Source: an uncultured Oscillospiraceae bacterium (GTDB taxonomy: Bacteria; Bacillota; Clostridia; Acetivibrionales; DTU013). Taken from it: a DNA stretch of 59,739 nucleotides. This document shows, piece after piece, positions 26,295-35,949 of this stretch (the stretch's first letter is position 1; every line of letters starts with the position of its first letter). The translations under genes and the position numbers were made by a program. The notes under the pieces are model-generated. The model made no database searches. It was given only the letters and a program-made list of their open reading frames with translations, and was not told the DNA's origin. The stretch is taken from NCBI GenBank assembly GCA_964587755.1, contig CAZPMC010000009.1:259-59997 (forward strand). The letters run 5' to 3'.

Positions 26295-26580
26295 ACGGCA
26301 GGCTGTAAGAAATAAGTCTCGCTGAAATGCGGCGGCTGGTCGCATACTTCGTATGCTGCTCGCCCATGCAACCTGGCTGACGATTCGGCGTCCGTGCCTC
26401 AATGCCAGCGGGTTTGCCGTCCATGGCAAACTTTAGCGTTCCTGATACCACATTCCAACTTCACCACATTTCACAGCCTGTAAAGACTTCATTACATGGT
26501 GCCTGAAGCTAACCTCCACAAACGGCACTGCCGGTCAGCTTCAGTGCCTGGCGCCAAATAATGGCACTAAATAATGCACC
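26295..26580. repeat. GC-rich composite non-coding repeat element (copy B)
   Basis: Contains CAGGCTGTAAGAAAT (26299-26313), inverted relative to ATTTCACAGCCTGTA (26468-26482). Also GCTGAAATGCGGCGG (26321-26335), AACCTCCACAAACGGCACTGCCGGTC (26511-26536) and CTTCAGTGCCTGGCGCC (26539-26555). All of these recur at 39950-40126. Confidence 0.7.
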
Positions 26581-26590
26581 AAATAAATGT

Positions 26591-26619
26591 TTAAGCTAAA
26601 TGCCCTTTCTGTCCGATAT
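26591..26619 (+). promoter_or_regulatory. Possible sigma-D (sigma-28) type promoter for motAB
   Basis: CCGATAT at 26613-26619 matches the sigma-D -10 core, about 90 nt upstream of motA. Candidate -35 elements (TTAAG 26591-26595, CTAAA 26596-26600) are at non-ideal spacing. Confidence 0.3.
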
Positions 26620-26711
26620 AGTCATAGAGGTATTTATTGAAATAAAATGTACATTATGCTAGTATTATGTCAGACAAATGGATAAAGATGCTGATTTTAG
26701 GGGGAAAAGGC

Positions 26712-27524
26712 ATGGATTTTGCAACGATTATCGGTGTTGTGTTTGGAATAGTCTGTATAGTTGTCTCAATTTTAATTAGCGGCGACTTGATGTCATTCTA
26801 TAATCTACCATCGATATTTATTACTGTGGGCGGCGGGCTTGCATCTTCAATTATTTCCTACAGACTATCAGAATTTAAGCATATTTTTAAATTAATGGGC
26901 ATGGCTTTTGTAAACAAAAGATCTGATGCTAATGATACTATAAAGCTAATGGTAAGACTTTCAGAGAAAACAAGGCGTGAAGGACTTCTTGCAATAGAAT
27001 CAGAGCTCGAAGAGATAGATGATCCCTTTATCAGGCGCTCGCTGCAGCTTGTTGTTGACGGTATTGAATCTGAGACAATTAAGGACTACATGAACATGGA
27101 AATTGATAATATGGAAGCCCGTCATGCAACAGGCATCGCAATGTTTAGGACAATGGGTGCTGAATTTCCCGCCTGGGGTATGATAGGAACCTTGGTAGGC
27201 CTTATTTTGATGCTTCAAACCCTGGACGACCCATCCTCAATTGGACCTCAAATGGCCGTTTCACTCATTACAACATTTTATGGATGTGTTTTGTCAAACT
27301 TTATTTGCCTTCCGATAGCGGACAAGCTTCAGAAGAATAATGATGAAGAGGTTCATGTAAAGGAGCTTATTGCAGAAGCTGTAATTTCAATACAAGCCGG
27401 TGAAAACCCCAAAATGATGGAGCATAAGCTGAAGGTATTCCTTTCACCTAATGAGCGGGAGATATTTGAAAGAAAGGATGCTGACAGGGCTAGAGATAAA
27501 GAGGAAGCTGTTAGTCAAAATTAG
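26712..27524 (+). CDS. motA: Flagellar motor stator protein MotA (MotA/TolQ/ExbB channel family)
   Basis: 4-TM MotA architecture with FPAWGMIGTLVGLILML and TTFYGCVLSNFICLPIADKL. ATG 26712 follows GGGGGA; the ORF is open from 26667. Confidence 0.88.
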   Translation: MDFATIIGVVFGIVCIVVSILISGDLMSFYNLPSIFITVGGGLASSIISYRLSEFKHIFKLMGMAFVNKRSDANDTIKLMVRLSEKTRREGLLAIESELEEIDDPFIRRSLQLVVDGIESETIKDYMNMEIDNMEARHATGIAMFRTMGAEFPAWGMIGTLVGLILMLQTLDDPSSIGPQMAVSLITTFYGCVLSNFICLPIADKLQKNNDEEVHVKELIAEAVISIQAGENPKMMEHKLKVFLSPNEREIFERKDADRARDKEEAVSQN

Positions 27525-27535
27525 GAGAGATAACT

Positions 27536-28294
27536 ATGAATAGCAGACCCAAAAAGGAGAAAGTGCCTGAAGCAGGTGCACCTGCATGGATGACCAGCTA
27601 CGGTGATCTAATGACAAACCTCTTATGCTGCTTTGTATTACTTTTTTCCATGGCAATTGTAGACCAGCAAAAGTTTGAAGCAGTAGCTTCTTCTTTGCGT
27701 GCAGCCTTTTCAAATCAAAGTATAAGTACATTTGAAGAAGAAAAAAAGGATAGTATTATAAATCTCTTACCGGATGTCCAACCGGGCAATCAGCCGGACG
27801 AAACAGACGATATTGACGGGGAAAAGCCTGATGCAGTATCTGAGAAAATGACTGTTGCAGAAGCTAAAGCAGAGATAGAACAGCTCATAGAAGGAATGGG
27901 TCTAAACGAAAACATAAAGGTTATTGAGGAAAAGGATATTGTTATTTTCAGAGTTGACTCACTTATTTTATTTGACTCCGGAAAGGCAGATTTGAAGGAA
28001 TCAGGCAAGCCGGTTATTGAACAAATAGGAAAGGTGATGAAGAAACTGAATATTGATATTTTAGTTCAAGGTCATGCTGATGACCGTCCAATAAGCACTT
28101 CAATTTTCCCTTCAAACTGGGAATTATCGACAAAAAGAGCGACCAATGTAGTAAAATATTTAATGTCTAAATGCGGTATTGAAGGCAAGTATCTTACTGC
28201 AACAGGAAATGCAGAATATAAGCCTATCGCGCCAAATGATACTGAATATAACAGACAAAAGAATAGAAGAATAGATATTGTTGTTGCAAAGTAA
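27536..28294 (+). CDS. motB: Flagellar motor protein MotB (OmpA/MotB peptidoglycan-binding domain)
   Basis: APAWMTSYGDLMTNLLCCFVLLF plug/TM segment with the conserved Asp. C-terminal OmpA-like domain (GHADDRPI...NWELSTKRA...NRRIDIVV). Confidence 0.9.
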   Translation: MNSRPKKEKVPEAGAPAWMTSYGDLMTNLLCCFVLLFSMAIVDQQKFEAVASSLRAAFSNQSISTFEEEKKDSIINLLPDVQPGNQPDETDDIDGEKPDAVSEKMTVAEAKAEIEQLIEGMGLNENIKVIEEKDIVIFRVDSLILFDSGKADLKESGKPVIEQIGKVMKKLNIDILVQGHADDRPISTSIFPSNWELSTKRATNVVKYLMSKCGIEGKYLTATGNAEYKPIAPNDTEYNRQKNRRIDIVVAK

Positions 28295-28322
28295 ATTTTC
28301 TGTCTGAAATTATTATCTATAG

Positions 28323-29831
<1,509 letters not shown>

Positions 29832-29869
29832 AGGCAATTTGCTGTCAGACTTAAAATATCTTTAGGAAT

Positions 29870-30694
29870 TTAAAAGATTTGTGCTGGAGTGAAATCGTTT
29901 CTGTGAGAGAGCAGCTTGTATGCGTTTTCATATAGGATACAAGCTCTCTCTTCTTCATTTAAATCAAGCCTCAAAAACCTCTCAAACTCTTCTTTATGAT
30001 TCCACATGGGATAATCCGAGCCAAAAAGCATTTTGTTGATACCGTGCTCCCTGATCATGTATGTGGCCCTGGACGGCTCTAAAAAGTACAGGGAGCTGGA
30101 TGTATCCATGTAAACATCTCTTCCAACCAGATACTTCAACGCTTCGTCCCATGCTCTGTAGCCTCCGAAATGAGCGGCTATGACCACTAAGTCAGGAAAC
30201 ATATCCAGTACCCGTGCAAGTCTTACAGGACTGGATGAATCCGTATTTTCATCACCCATATGAATCAATAGCGGCAATCTGCCTTCAATAGCCTTATACA
30301 CAGGCATCATTTCTTCTGCGTCAATAACAAAGTGCTGAAATTCAGGGTGAAGCTTGATTCCGTGCAAGCCAAGGGAGATTATCCTTTCAACCTCCTTCAA
30401 CGGTTCTGGAAGACCAGGGTGAAGTGTTCCGAAGCCAATAAGCTGGCTGTAGCTGTTTTGAACTTCAGACACATAATCATTTATTGCAGAAACCTGATGG
30501 ACGTCTGTGGCAGAAGAGTGTACAACATATTTGCTCACACCTATAGCGCTTCCGTTTTCGAGCAGACCATCAACCGTACCGGACCCTTCCATAGATACTC
30601 CATAGTAATTACCTATTGCTTTAACAGCTTTTGAGGCAACCTTATCCGGAAAAATATGTGCATGTATATCAATTATTTTATATTTATTAGTCAT
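29870..30694 (-). CDS. Amidohydrolase-2 family metal-dependent TIM-barrel hydrolase
   Basis: IIDIHAHIFPDKV N-terminal HxH motif; 274 aa, typical length. Confidence 0.8.
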   Translation of the reverse strand: MTNKYKIIDIHAHIFPDKVASKAVKAIGNYYGVSMEGSGTVDGLLENGSAIGVSKYVVHSSATDVHQVSAINDYVSEVQNSYSQLIGFGTLHPGLPEPLKEVERIISLGLHGIKLHPEFQHFVIDAEEMMPVYKAIEGRLPLLIHMGDENTDSSSPVRLARVLDMFPDLVVIAAHFGGYRAWDEALKYLVGRDVYMDTSSSLYFLEPSRATYMIREHGINKMLFGSDYPMWNHKEEFERFLRLDLNEEERACILYENAYKLLSHRNDFTPAQIF

Positions 30695-30881
30695 TACAAA
30701 AAAACCTCGGTTAATATATCTTTGAACTGAAAAATCTCTTTATATAATACCATCTGTTCAAGAAAAAATCATTAATAAGCAAAGCAAATTATATTCCCAA
30801 AAGGTATAGACTATTAGTGAGGTTTTGTGTTAATGTTTAATAGCTGCATATTATTAATAAATACACTAGGGGACTGAAAAC

Positions 30882-31397
30882 ATGACAGAACTAATTAAAT
30901 TGAAGATTAATATGCTTGTTAAATCAAGCAACTTAAAGGAATATACAGATTGCGTAAAGGACCTTCTTGAAAATAAAATCACTCATTCTTTGGACGACTT
31001 TATACAGCATGGCTCTGTAACAAGCCTTGACCATGGACTTTCTGTATCGTACTACAGCTTTCTCGTATGTAAGCTTTTGCGTCTTGATTATTGCTCTGCT
31101 GCAAGGGGAGGGCTGCTCCATGACCTTTTCCTTTACGATTGGCATAAAAGTAAGGTTCTTTCAGGCATGCATACATTTAATCATCCTCATAAAGCTTTGG
31201 AAAATGCAAATAAGCATTTTGACCTGAACAAGGTCGAAAAGGACATAATAGTCAAGCATATGTGGCCTGTTACCATTAGACCGCCAAAATACAAGGAATC
31301 TTTTATTGTTTCATGTATTGATAAATACTGTGCAATCTTGGAGGTTGCTAAATATTTTAAGATTAAGATGGCCTCAATGATTACAGCAGAGGCTTAG
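30882..31397 (+). CDS. HD domain-containing phosphohydrolase
   Basis: SLDHGLSVSYYS...GGLLHDLFLYDWH supplies the H...HD metal motif; 171 aa. Confidence 0.8.
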   Translation: MTELIKLKINMLVKSSNLKEYTDCVKDLLENKITHSLDDFIQHGSVTSLDHGLSVSYYSFLVCKLLRLDYCSAARGGLLHDLFLYDWHKSKVLSGMHTFNHPHKALENANKHFDLNKVEKDIIVKHMWPVTIRPPKYKESFIVSCIDKYCAILEVAKYFKIKMASMITAEA

Positions 31398-31407
31398 AAA
31401 CAGACAA

Positions 31408-31444
31408 AAACACCTGACCAATTTTTAGTGTCAGGTGTTTTTGC
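31408..31444. terminator. Bidirectional terminator between convergent genes
   Basis: AAACACCTGAC (31408-31418) / GTCAGGTGTTT (31430-31440), flanked by an A-run and a T-run. Confidence 0.8.
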
Positions 31445-31480
31445 GCTTGCAATATATTGCGGGCGGATTTGAGAAGATGC

Positions 31481-33253
31481 TTACTGTTCAGTTTCGACAA
31501 GATATAGCTTCTTTACTGCGTTTCCTGCTACATACTTGTCATGTGCATAAACCGCTGTTACGCTGAAATAGTACTCTTCTCCGAATGTTAAAGCTGTAAA
31601 ATCACCTGATGTATAGGGCTTTGATGCATCTATCACCACAGAGGTGGTATCCTTGTCATAGGCCACATCGTAATAACCGTTTGCAGGATATGCCGGTGCC
31701 TCTGTATTTTTTGAAATAACCACACGGTATCCCAATAAATGTTCAGAGTCGATTTTGTCCCAAGATACCATTAATTTGCCATCGACATATTCGGCGCTAA
31801 CTTTAGGAGCCGGGAACAGTTTGGGATTATCCGCACCTTTATAGCGGACTTTGATTGTATTACCAACTACAGTTCTATCCTTATATTCTGCAGTTATGTT
31901 AAAGTAATAAGCCTCTCCCTTTATGAAATAGCCTCCAAAATCACCGTTTGTGTAAGCGGTGGAGTTGTCAATAACCGCATAGTTTTTGTTACGGTCAGTT
32001 ATTGTGAACAAATAACCGTTTTCAGGATAGCTTGGAGATGAATCATTTTTGGAAGCTACAACCCTGTAGCTTACAAAATTTGACGATTCAATCTTATTCC
32101 AGCGGAGAACCAACTTTCCGTTTTCCTCAGAAGCAGTTACTACAGGCATAACATACAGCTCAGGATTTTCTGTGCCGTTATATTGCATCCTGACGGTATT
32201 TCCGTATGCTCTTCCGTCATCGTATACTGCTGTCACACTAAAGTAGTATTTTTCACCCTTTGTAAGGTATTTCCCGAAATCGCCGCTGTTGTATTCGTCA
32301 TTGTTATTTATTACAGCAATTGTTCTGTTTGGGTCGGTAATTGTATAAAGGTACCCGTTTTCAGGGTATCTGGGTGTAGAATCATTTTTTGAAATAACTA
32401 CTCTATATTCTTTGAATTTAGGTGAGTCTATTTTGCTCCACTTCAGGATCAGAATCCCATTTTCAACAGAGGCAGAAACAACAGGAGCTACGTATGCTTC
32501 CTCATCCTCATTATCCTCATCTTCGTCATCATCAAAGGGAATCTTATCCTCGTCGAATGGGATTTTTTCTTCTTTTACTTTAAAAGCTCTGTAAAGCAAT
32601 GCAGAAGCCTGAGCCCTTGTTAAATTGTCCTGGGCACCAAAGTATAGCTTGCCGTTTTTTGTGTAGCCTTGCATAAGCCCATACTTTACCGAAAGCGCAG
32701 CATGCCTTCTTAGTTTTGGGTTAATTTCACTGCTATCCGCAAATTGGTTTAAAATGCTTTCATCTATACTTTCATTCTGGTATCCGAGAGCCTTAACCAA
32801 TGCAACAGCCATATCCTCTCTGACAGCCGGTTCATCGGGCTTGAATTTCAAACCGCCGCCCGGGTTTGTGTAGGCTGTTAAATACTTCAATGATGACTCA
32901 ACGAAGGAGTACTCCCAATCCTTTTTCGCTACATCAATGAATGTAGGGTTTTTGGGGGTAACCAGTTCAAGGTCCAGAGTATTTACCATCATCTTTGCAA
33001 ATTGGGCTCTTGTCAAAGTGCCGTTGGGATTAAACTTTTCATTACCTATACCGCTTATGAAATTATTTTGATACATCCACATAATATAATCATAAGCCCA
33101 GTGGCTTTTAGGAACATCCTTGAAGCCTTTTGCAGAAATTAGATGGTTAATTTTGTTGTCGTTTTTCTTTGATGCAAAGGTCGGAACTGCTAAAGAGAAT
33201 ATCAGTACGAAGCATAAAAAAACTGATATAAAACCTTTGATTTTTTTACTCAT
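31481..33253 (-). CDS. S-layer homology (SLH) domain surface protein with three tandem ~113-aa beta-sandwich modules
   Basis: Signal peptide. Three SLH repeats (FKDVPKSHWAYDYIMWM, FIDVAKKDWEYSFVES, FADSSEINPKLRRHAALSV). Acidic linker KIPFDEDKIPFDDDEDEDNEDEE. Then three paralogous modules. Confidence 0.88.
   Translation of the reverse strand: MSKKIKGFISVFLCFVLIFSLAVPTFASKKNDNKINHLISAKGFKDVPKSHWAYDYIMWMYQNNFISGIGNEKFNPNGTLTRAQFAKMMVNTLDLELVTPKNPTFIDVAKKDWEYSFVESSLKYLTAYTNPGGGLKFKPDEPAVREDMAVALVKALGYQNESIDESILNQFADSSEINPKLRRHAALSVKYGLMQGYTKNGKLYFGAQDNLTRAQASALLYRAFKVKEEKIPFDEDKIPFDDDEDEDNEDEEAYVAPVVSASVENGILILKWSKIDSPKFKEYRVVISKNDSTPRYPENGYLYTITDPNRTIAVINNNDEYNSGDFGKYLTKGEKYYFSVTAVYDDGRAYGNTVRMQYNGTENPELYVMPVVTASEENGKLVLRWNKIESSNFVSYRVVASKNDSSPSYPENGYLFTITDRNKNYAVIDNSTAYTNGDFGGYFIKGEAYYFNITAEYKDRTVVGNTIKVRYKGADNPKLFPAPKVSAEYVDGKLMVSWDKIDSEHLLGYRVVISKNTEAPAYPANGYYDVAYDKDTTSVVIDASKPYTSGDFTALTFGEEYYFSVTAVYAHDKYVAGNAVKKLYLVETEQ
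31499..32494 (-). repeat. Three tandem in-frame repeats (~339 nt each) inside the SLH protein gene
   Basis: Modules at about 32156-32494, 31817-32155 and 31499-31816 share W.KI...YRVV.SKN...P.YP.NGY...I....Y..GDF......YYF..TA.Y. Confidence 0.8.
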
Positions 33254-33410
33254 AAATTATTCTCCTTTCGGTATTTTATATTATAACCATTCGATACCTC
33301 TGGAGGGTTTTTTAGGGCAGTTTGCCAAAGTAATATAAACGTAATATTGCTCAAAACAGCTAATACTGATAAAATGAATAAATGAGCAATTTGAATAATA
33401 CTGGAGTGAT

Positions 33411-35477
33411 ATGACAGTGGATGGCGCACCAAGAAGGGAAACACTGCAAGAGAAGGCGACAACATTTTTTTTAGAATACTGGTTCTTGTTTTATTGCATA
33501 CTACTTTTTATATATCTTGAGTTATTGTACCATACCTGGATCTTCGAAAGCATAGGCTTTGATTTTATTTTCCCGGTCTTGTTTTCCCTGTCTGCCGGGA
33601 GCGTGCTTTATCTTTTAATTAGCCTTATAAATGTTGAGGCTCGCAGGATTTTGTCTATTGTAGTAATATTGATAATAATTCTTGTCTACGGGACTCAGCT
33701 TATTTATTTTTGTATATTTCAACAGCCTCTATCATTGATTTCTGTCGGTGGTGCAGGTGATGCGTTTCAATTTTGGGATGTAATCATCGAAGCTATTATT
33801 AAGAATTGGATTGCTGTTATTCTGTGCTTTGTGCCGTTGATTGTGTTCATTGTTATAAGCAAAAACAGGGTGCTGACCAAGGAAGGACCCAAGTCGACAT
33901 CGTTTTCCTTACTTTTTTCCGTCATAAGCTTTTCCTTTGCGATTATTTGTGTCAATCTTACAGGTGATAGTCCTGTATCTCAAAACACACTCTATTATAA
34001 GATTTCTTCTCCCGAGCTGTCATTTAACAGGCTGGGAGTTCTGACATCAATGCGCCTGGATTTTCAAAGGCTTGCTGTGAGTCAAATCCAGAGAAAAAAG
34101 CTGGATTTGGTATATGAGGATGATAATCCCGAGACAACAACACCTGTCGAGACTACCCAAGGGACAATTGAAAATACTACAACAAACACCGATACTCTTA
34201 CAGAAGATGAGCCTGACGTGGAAGAGCCCATTGTCACCAGGAAACCTTATAACATCATGGATATAGACTTTGAAGCCTTAATCGAAGCCGATGCAGGCAA
34301 CGAAAACCTTGTAGCGATGCATAAGTATTTTTCAAGCGTTACGCCTACGGCTACAAATGAGTATACGGGGATGTTTGAAGGGTGCAACTTAGTACTGTTT
34401 ACAGCAGAAGGCTTTTCTCACTATGTAATCGACCCGGAGCTGACCCCGACCCTTTATATGATGGCAAATGAAGGCTTTGTATTTAAAAACTTTTACAATC
34501 CTGTTTGGTGGGTGAGTACATCCGACGGTGAATATGTTGCATGTACCGGCTTGATACCTAAAAGCGGTGTGTGGAGCATGGCTCACTCGGGTAAAAACTA
34601 TATGCCCTTTACCATGGGCAACCAGTTTAGAGAACTGGGATATATTACAAAGGCATATCATAACCATACCTATACTTATTATAAGAGGGATGTTTCCCAT
34701 CCAAATCTGGGATATGATTATAAAGGTGTAGGGAATGGTTTAGAGATCACAAAGACATGGCCGGGCTCTGACCTTGAAATGATTGATGTTACAGCGGGAG
34801 AATATATTGGAGATGCGCCTTTCCACGCTTATTACATGACGGTTAGCGGCCACATGAATTATAATTTCAGCGGAAATCAGATGGCGGCTAAAAACAGAAA
34901 ATATGTGGAGCATTTACCGTACTCCGATGCATCAAAGGCTTACTTAGCCTGCAATCTGGAGCTAGAATTTGCCCTTGCCTCACTTCTTGAGAAGCTTGAG
35001 GCTGCCGGTGTTGCCGAAAATACTGTAATTGCCCTCAGTGCTGACCACTACCCTTACGGACTTGATAAGGAAAACATTGACGAGCTTGCAGGTCATGTTG
35101 TTGAAAAGAATTTTGAACTGTACAAAAGCAGCCTCATTTTATGGAAAAAGGGAATGGAGCCGGTCGTTATAGAAAAGCCTTGTGCCAGTCTTGATATCAT
35201 ACCTACCCTGTCAAACCTATTTGGACTGGAGTATGATTCCAGACTACTTATGGGTTCGGATATCCTGTCCAACTCACCTACACTTGTAATATTCTCAAAT
35301 CGCAGTTGGATAACAGACAGAGCTATTTACAACTCGTCTACGGACAAGGTGACATTTCTTGACGGGACAGAGTCGGATAAGGAGTATGTTAGGAAAATAA
35401 ATAAAATTGTGGCTGATAAATTCAAGTATTCAGCAAAGATACTTGAGACGGATTATTATGCAAAAGTGTTGAAATGA
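33411..35477 (+). CDS. LTA synthase family protein (membrane sulfatase-like phosphoglycerol transferase)
   Basis: Five N-terminal TM helices, a Thr/Glu-rich linker, and an extracellular alkaline-phosphatase-superfamily domain (LVLFTAEGFS, LSADHYPYGL). Confidence 0.85.
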   Translation: MTVDGAPRRETLQEKATTFFLEYWFLFYCILLFIYLELLYHTWIFESIGFDFIFPVLFSLSAGSVLYLLISLINVEARRILSIVVILIIILVYGTQLIYFCIFQQPLSLISVGGAGDAFQFWDVIIEAIIKNWIAVILCFVPLIVFIVISKNRVLTKEGPKSTSFSLLFSVISFSFAIICVNLTGDSPVSQNTLYYKISSPELSFNRLGVLTSMRLDFQRLAVSQIQRKKLDLVYEDDNPETTTPVETTQGTIENTTTNTDTLTEDEPDVEEPIVTRKPYNIMDIDFEALIEADAGNENLVAMHKYFSSVTPTATNEYTGMFEGCNLVLFTAEGFSHYVIDPELTPTLYMMANEGFVFKNFYNPVWWVSTSDGEYVACTGLIPKSGVWSMAHSGKNYMPFTMGNQFRELGYITKAYHNHTYTYYKRDVSHPNLGYDYKGVGNGLEITKTWPGSDLEMIDVTAGEYIGDAPFHAYYMTVSGHMNYNFSGNQMAAKNRKYVEHLPYSDASKAYLACNLELEFALASLLEKLEAAGVAENTVIALSADHYPYGLDKENIDELAGHVVEKNFELYKSSLILWKKGMEPVVIEKPCASLDIIPTLSNLFGLEYDSRLLMGSDILSNSPTLVIFSNRSWITDRAIYNSSTDKVTFLDGTESDKEYVRKINKIVADKFKYSAKILETDYYAKVLK

Positions 35478-35717
35478 TTAAACGAAAAATTCTTTTAACT
35501 CTTCAAGAAGCTGGTCCAAAAGCTCATCGCCTTCGGCATGACTGGGTATGACTAATGTGAGCGGCTCATCAAGCTTCAGCACAAACATGCCAAGGATAGA
35601 TTTTGCATCTGCCATGCCGCTTTTACCGTGTATCCAAATATCGTAAGGGTATTTGGATACAATGGCACTTATATTTTCCATGTCCTGAATATTCCGTAGT
35701 CGTATTGCTTTTGTCAT
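35478..35717 (-). CDS. HPr-like protein lacking the His15 site (paralog 1)
   Basis: 79 aa. IWIHGKSGMADAKSILGMFVLKLDEPLTLVI aligns with the HPr/Crh segment around Ser46 (..KS[IV].[GS][LM]). There is no GIHARPA-type His15 loop. Confidence 0.7.
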   Translation of the reverse strand: MTKAIRLRNIQDMENISAIVSKYPYDIWIHGKSGMADAKSILGMFVLKLDEPLTLVIPSHAEGDELLDQLLEELKEFFV

Positions 35718-35857
35718 TTGGTGTCCTCTGTTATATAATGATGAATTATAATGCTATTAAATAGCGTTTGATGTTATTTAATATATTAACATAAGAAAGC
35801 AACCTTTCCAACTCCCTTTTAGCAGTATAATAAAGGGCAGGAGATGGTAAAATTAAC

Positions 35858-35886
35858 TTGAACTTTACTAGTCAATATACTAAAAT
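35858..35886 (+). promoter_or_regulatory. Candidate sigma-A promoter for the ATP-grasp/FemAB/flippase genes
   Basis: TTGAAC 35858-35863, 17-nt spacer, TAAAAT 35881-35886. Confidence 0.35.
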
Positions 35887-35949
35887 TAACGTGATATATG
35901 CTTAAAAACAGTAGTATTTAAGCGTATTTACGGCAAACAGATTGCGAGG

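Noticed and set aside
26380-26450. c-di-GMP-I (GEMM-I) riboswitch upstream of motA
   Set aside because: GGCAAACC and GGACGCC-like strings occur only on the minus strand, pointing away from motA. The canonical GGACGCAAAGCC segment and the tetraloop-receptor layout are not present.
26560-26580. Sigma-54 promoter from the TGGCAC motifs (TGGCACTAAATAATGCA)
   Set aside because: GG to GC spacing is 11 nt instead of 10, and the -12 element is ATGC rather than TTGC. The TGGCAC strings are explained by the GGCAC-rich palindromic repeat family. No enhancer-binding protein gene is nearby.
26712-28294. MotA/MotB pair as a Zorya-type anti-phage system
   Set aside because: ZorA proteins are much longer, with an extended C-terminal tail, and come with ZorC/D or ZorE partners. 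Here MotA is about 270 aa, MotB has a normal OmpA-like domain, and the neighbours are glycosidase and scaffoldin genes.
30882-31397. HD-domain protein as a Cas3''/Cas10-type CRISPR nuclease
   Set aside because: It lies 30 kb from the array and is a 171-aa stand-alone generic HD phosphohydrolase with no adjacent cas genes.
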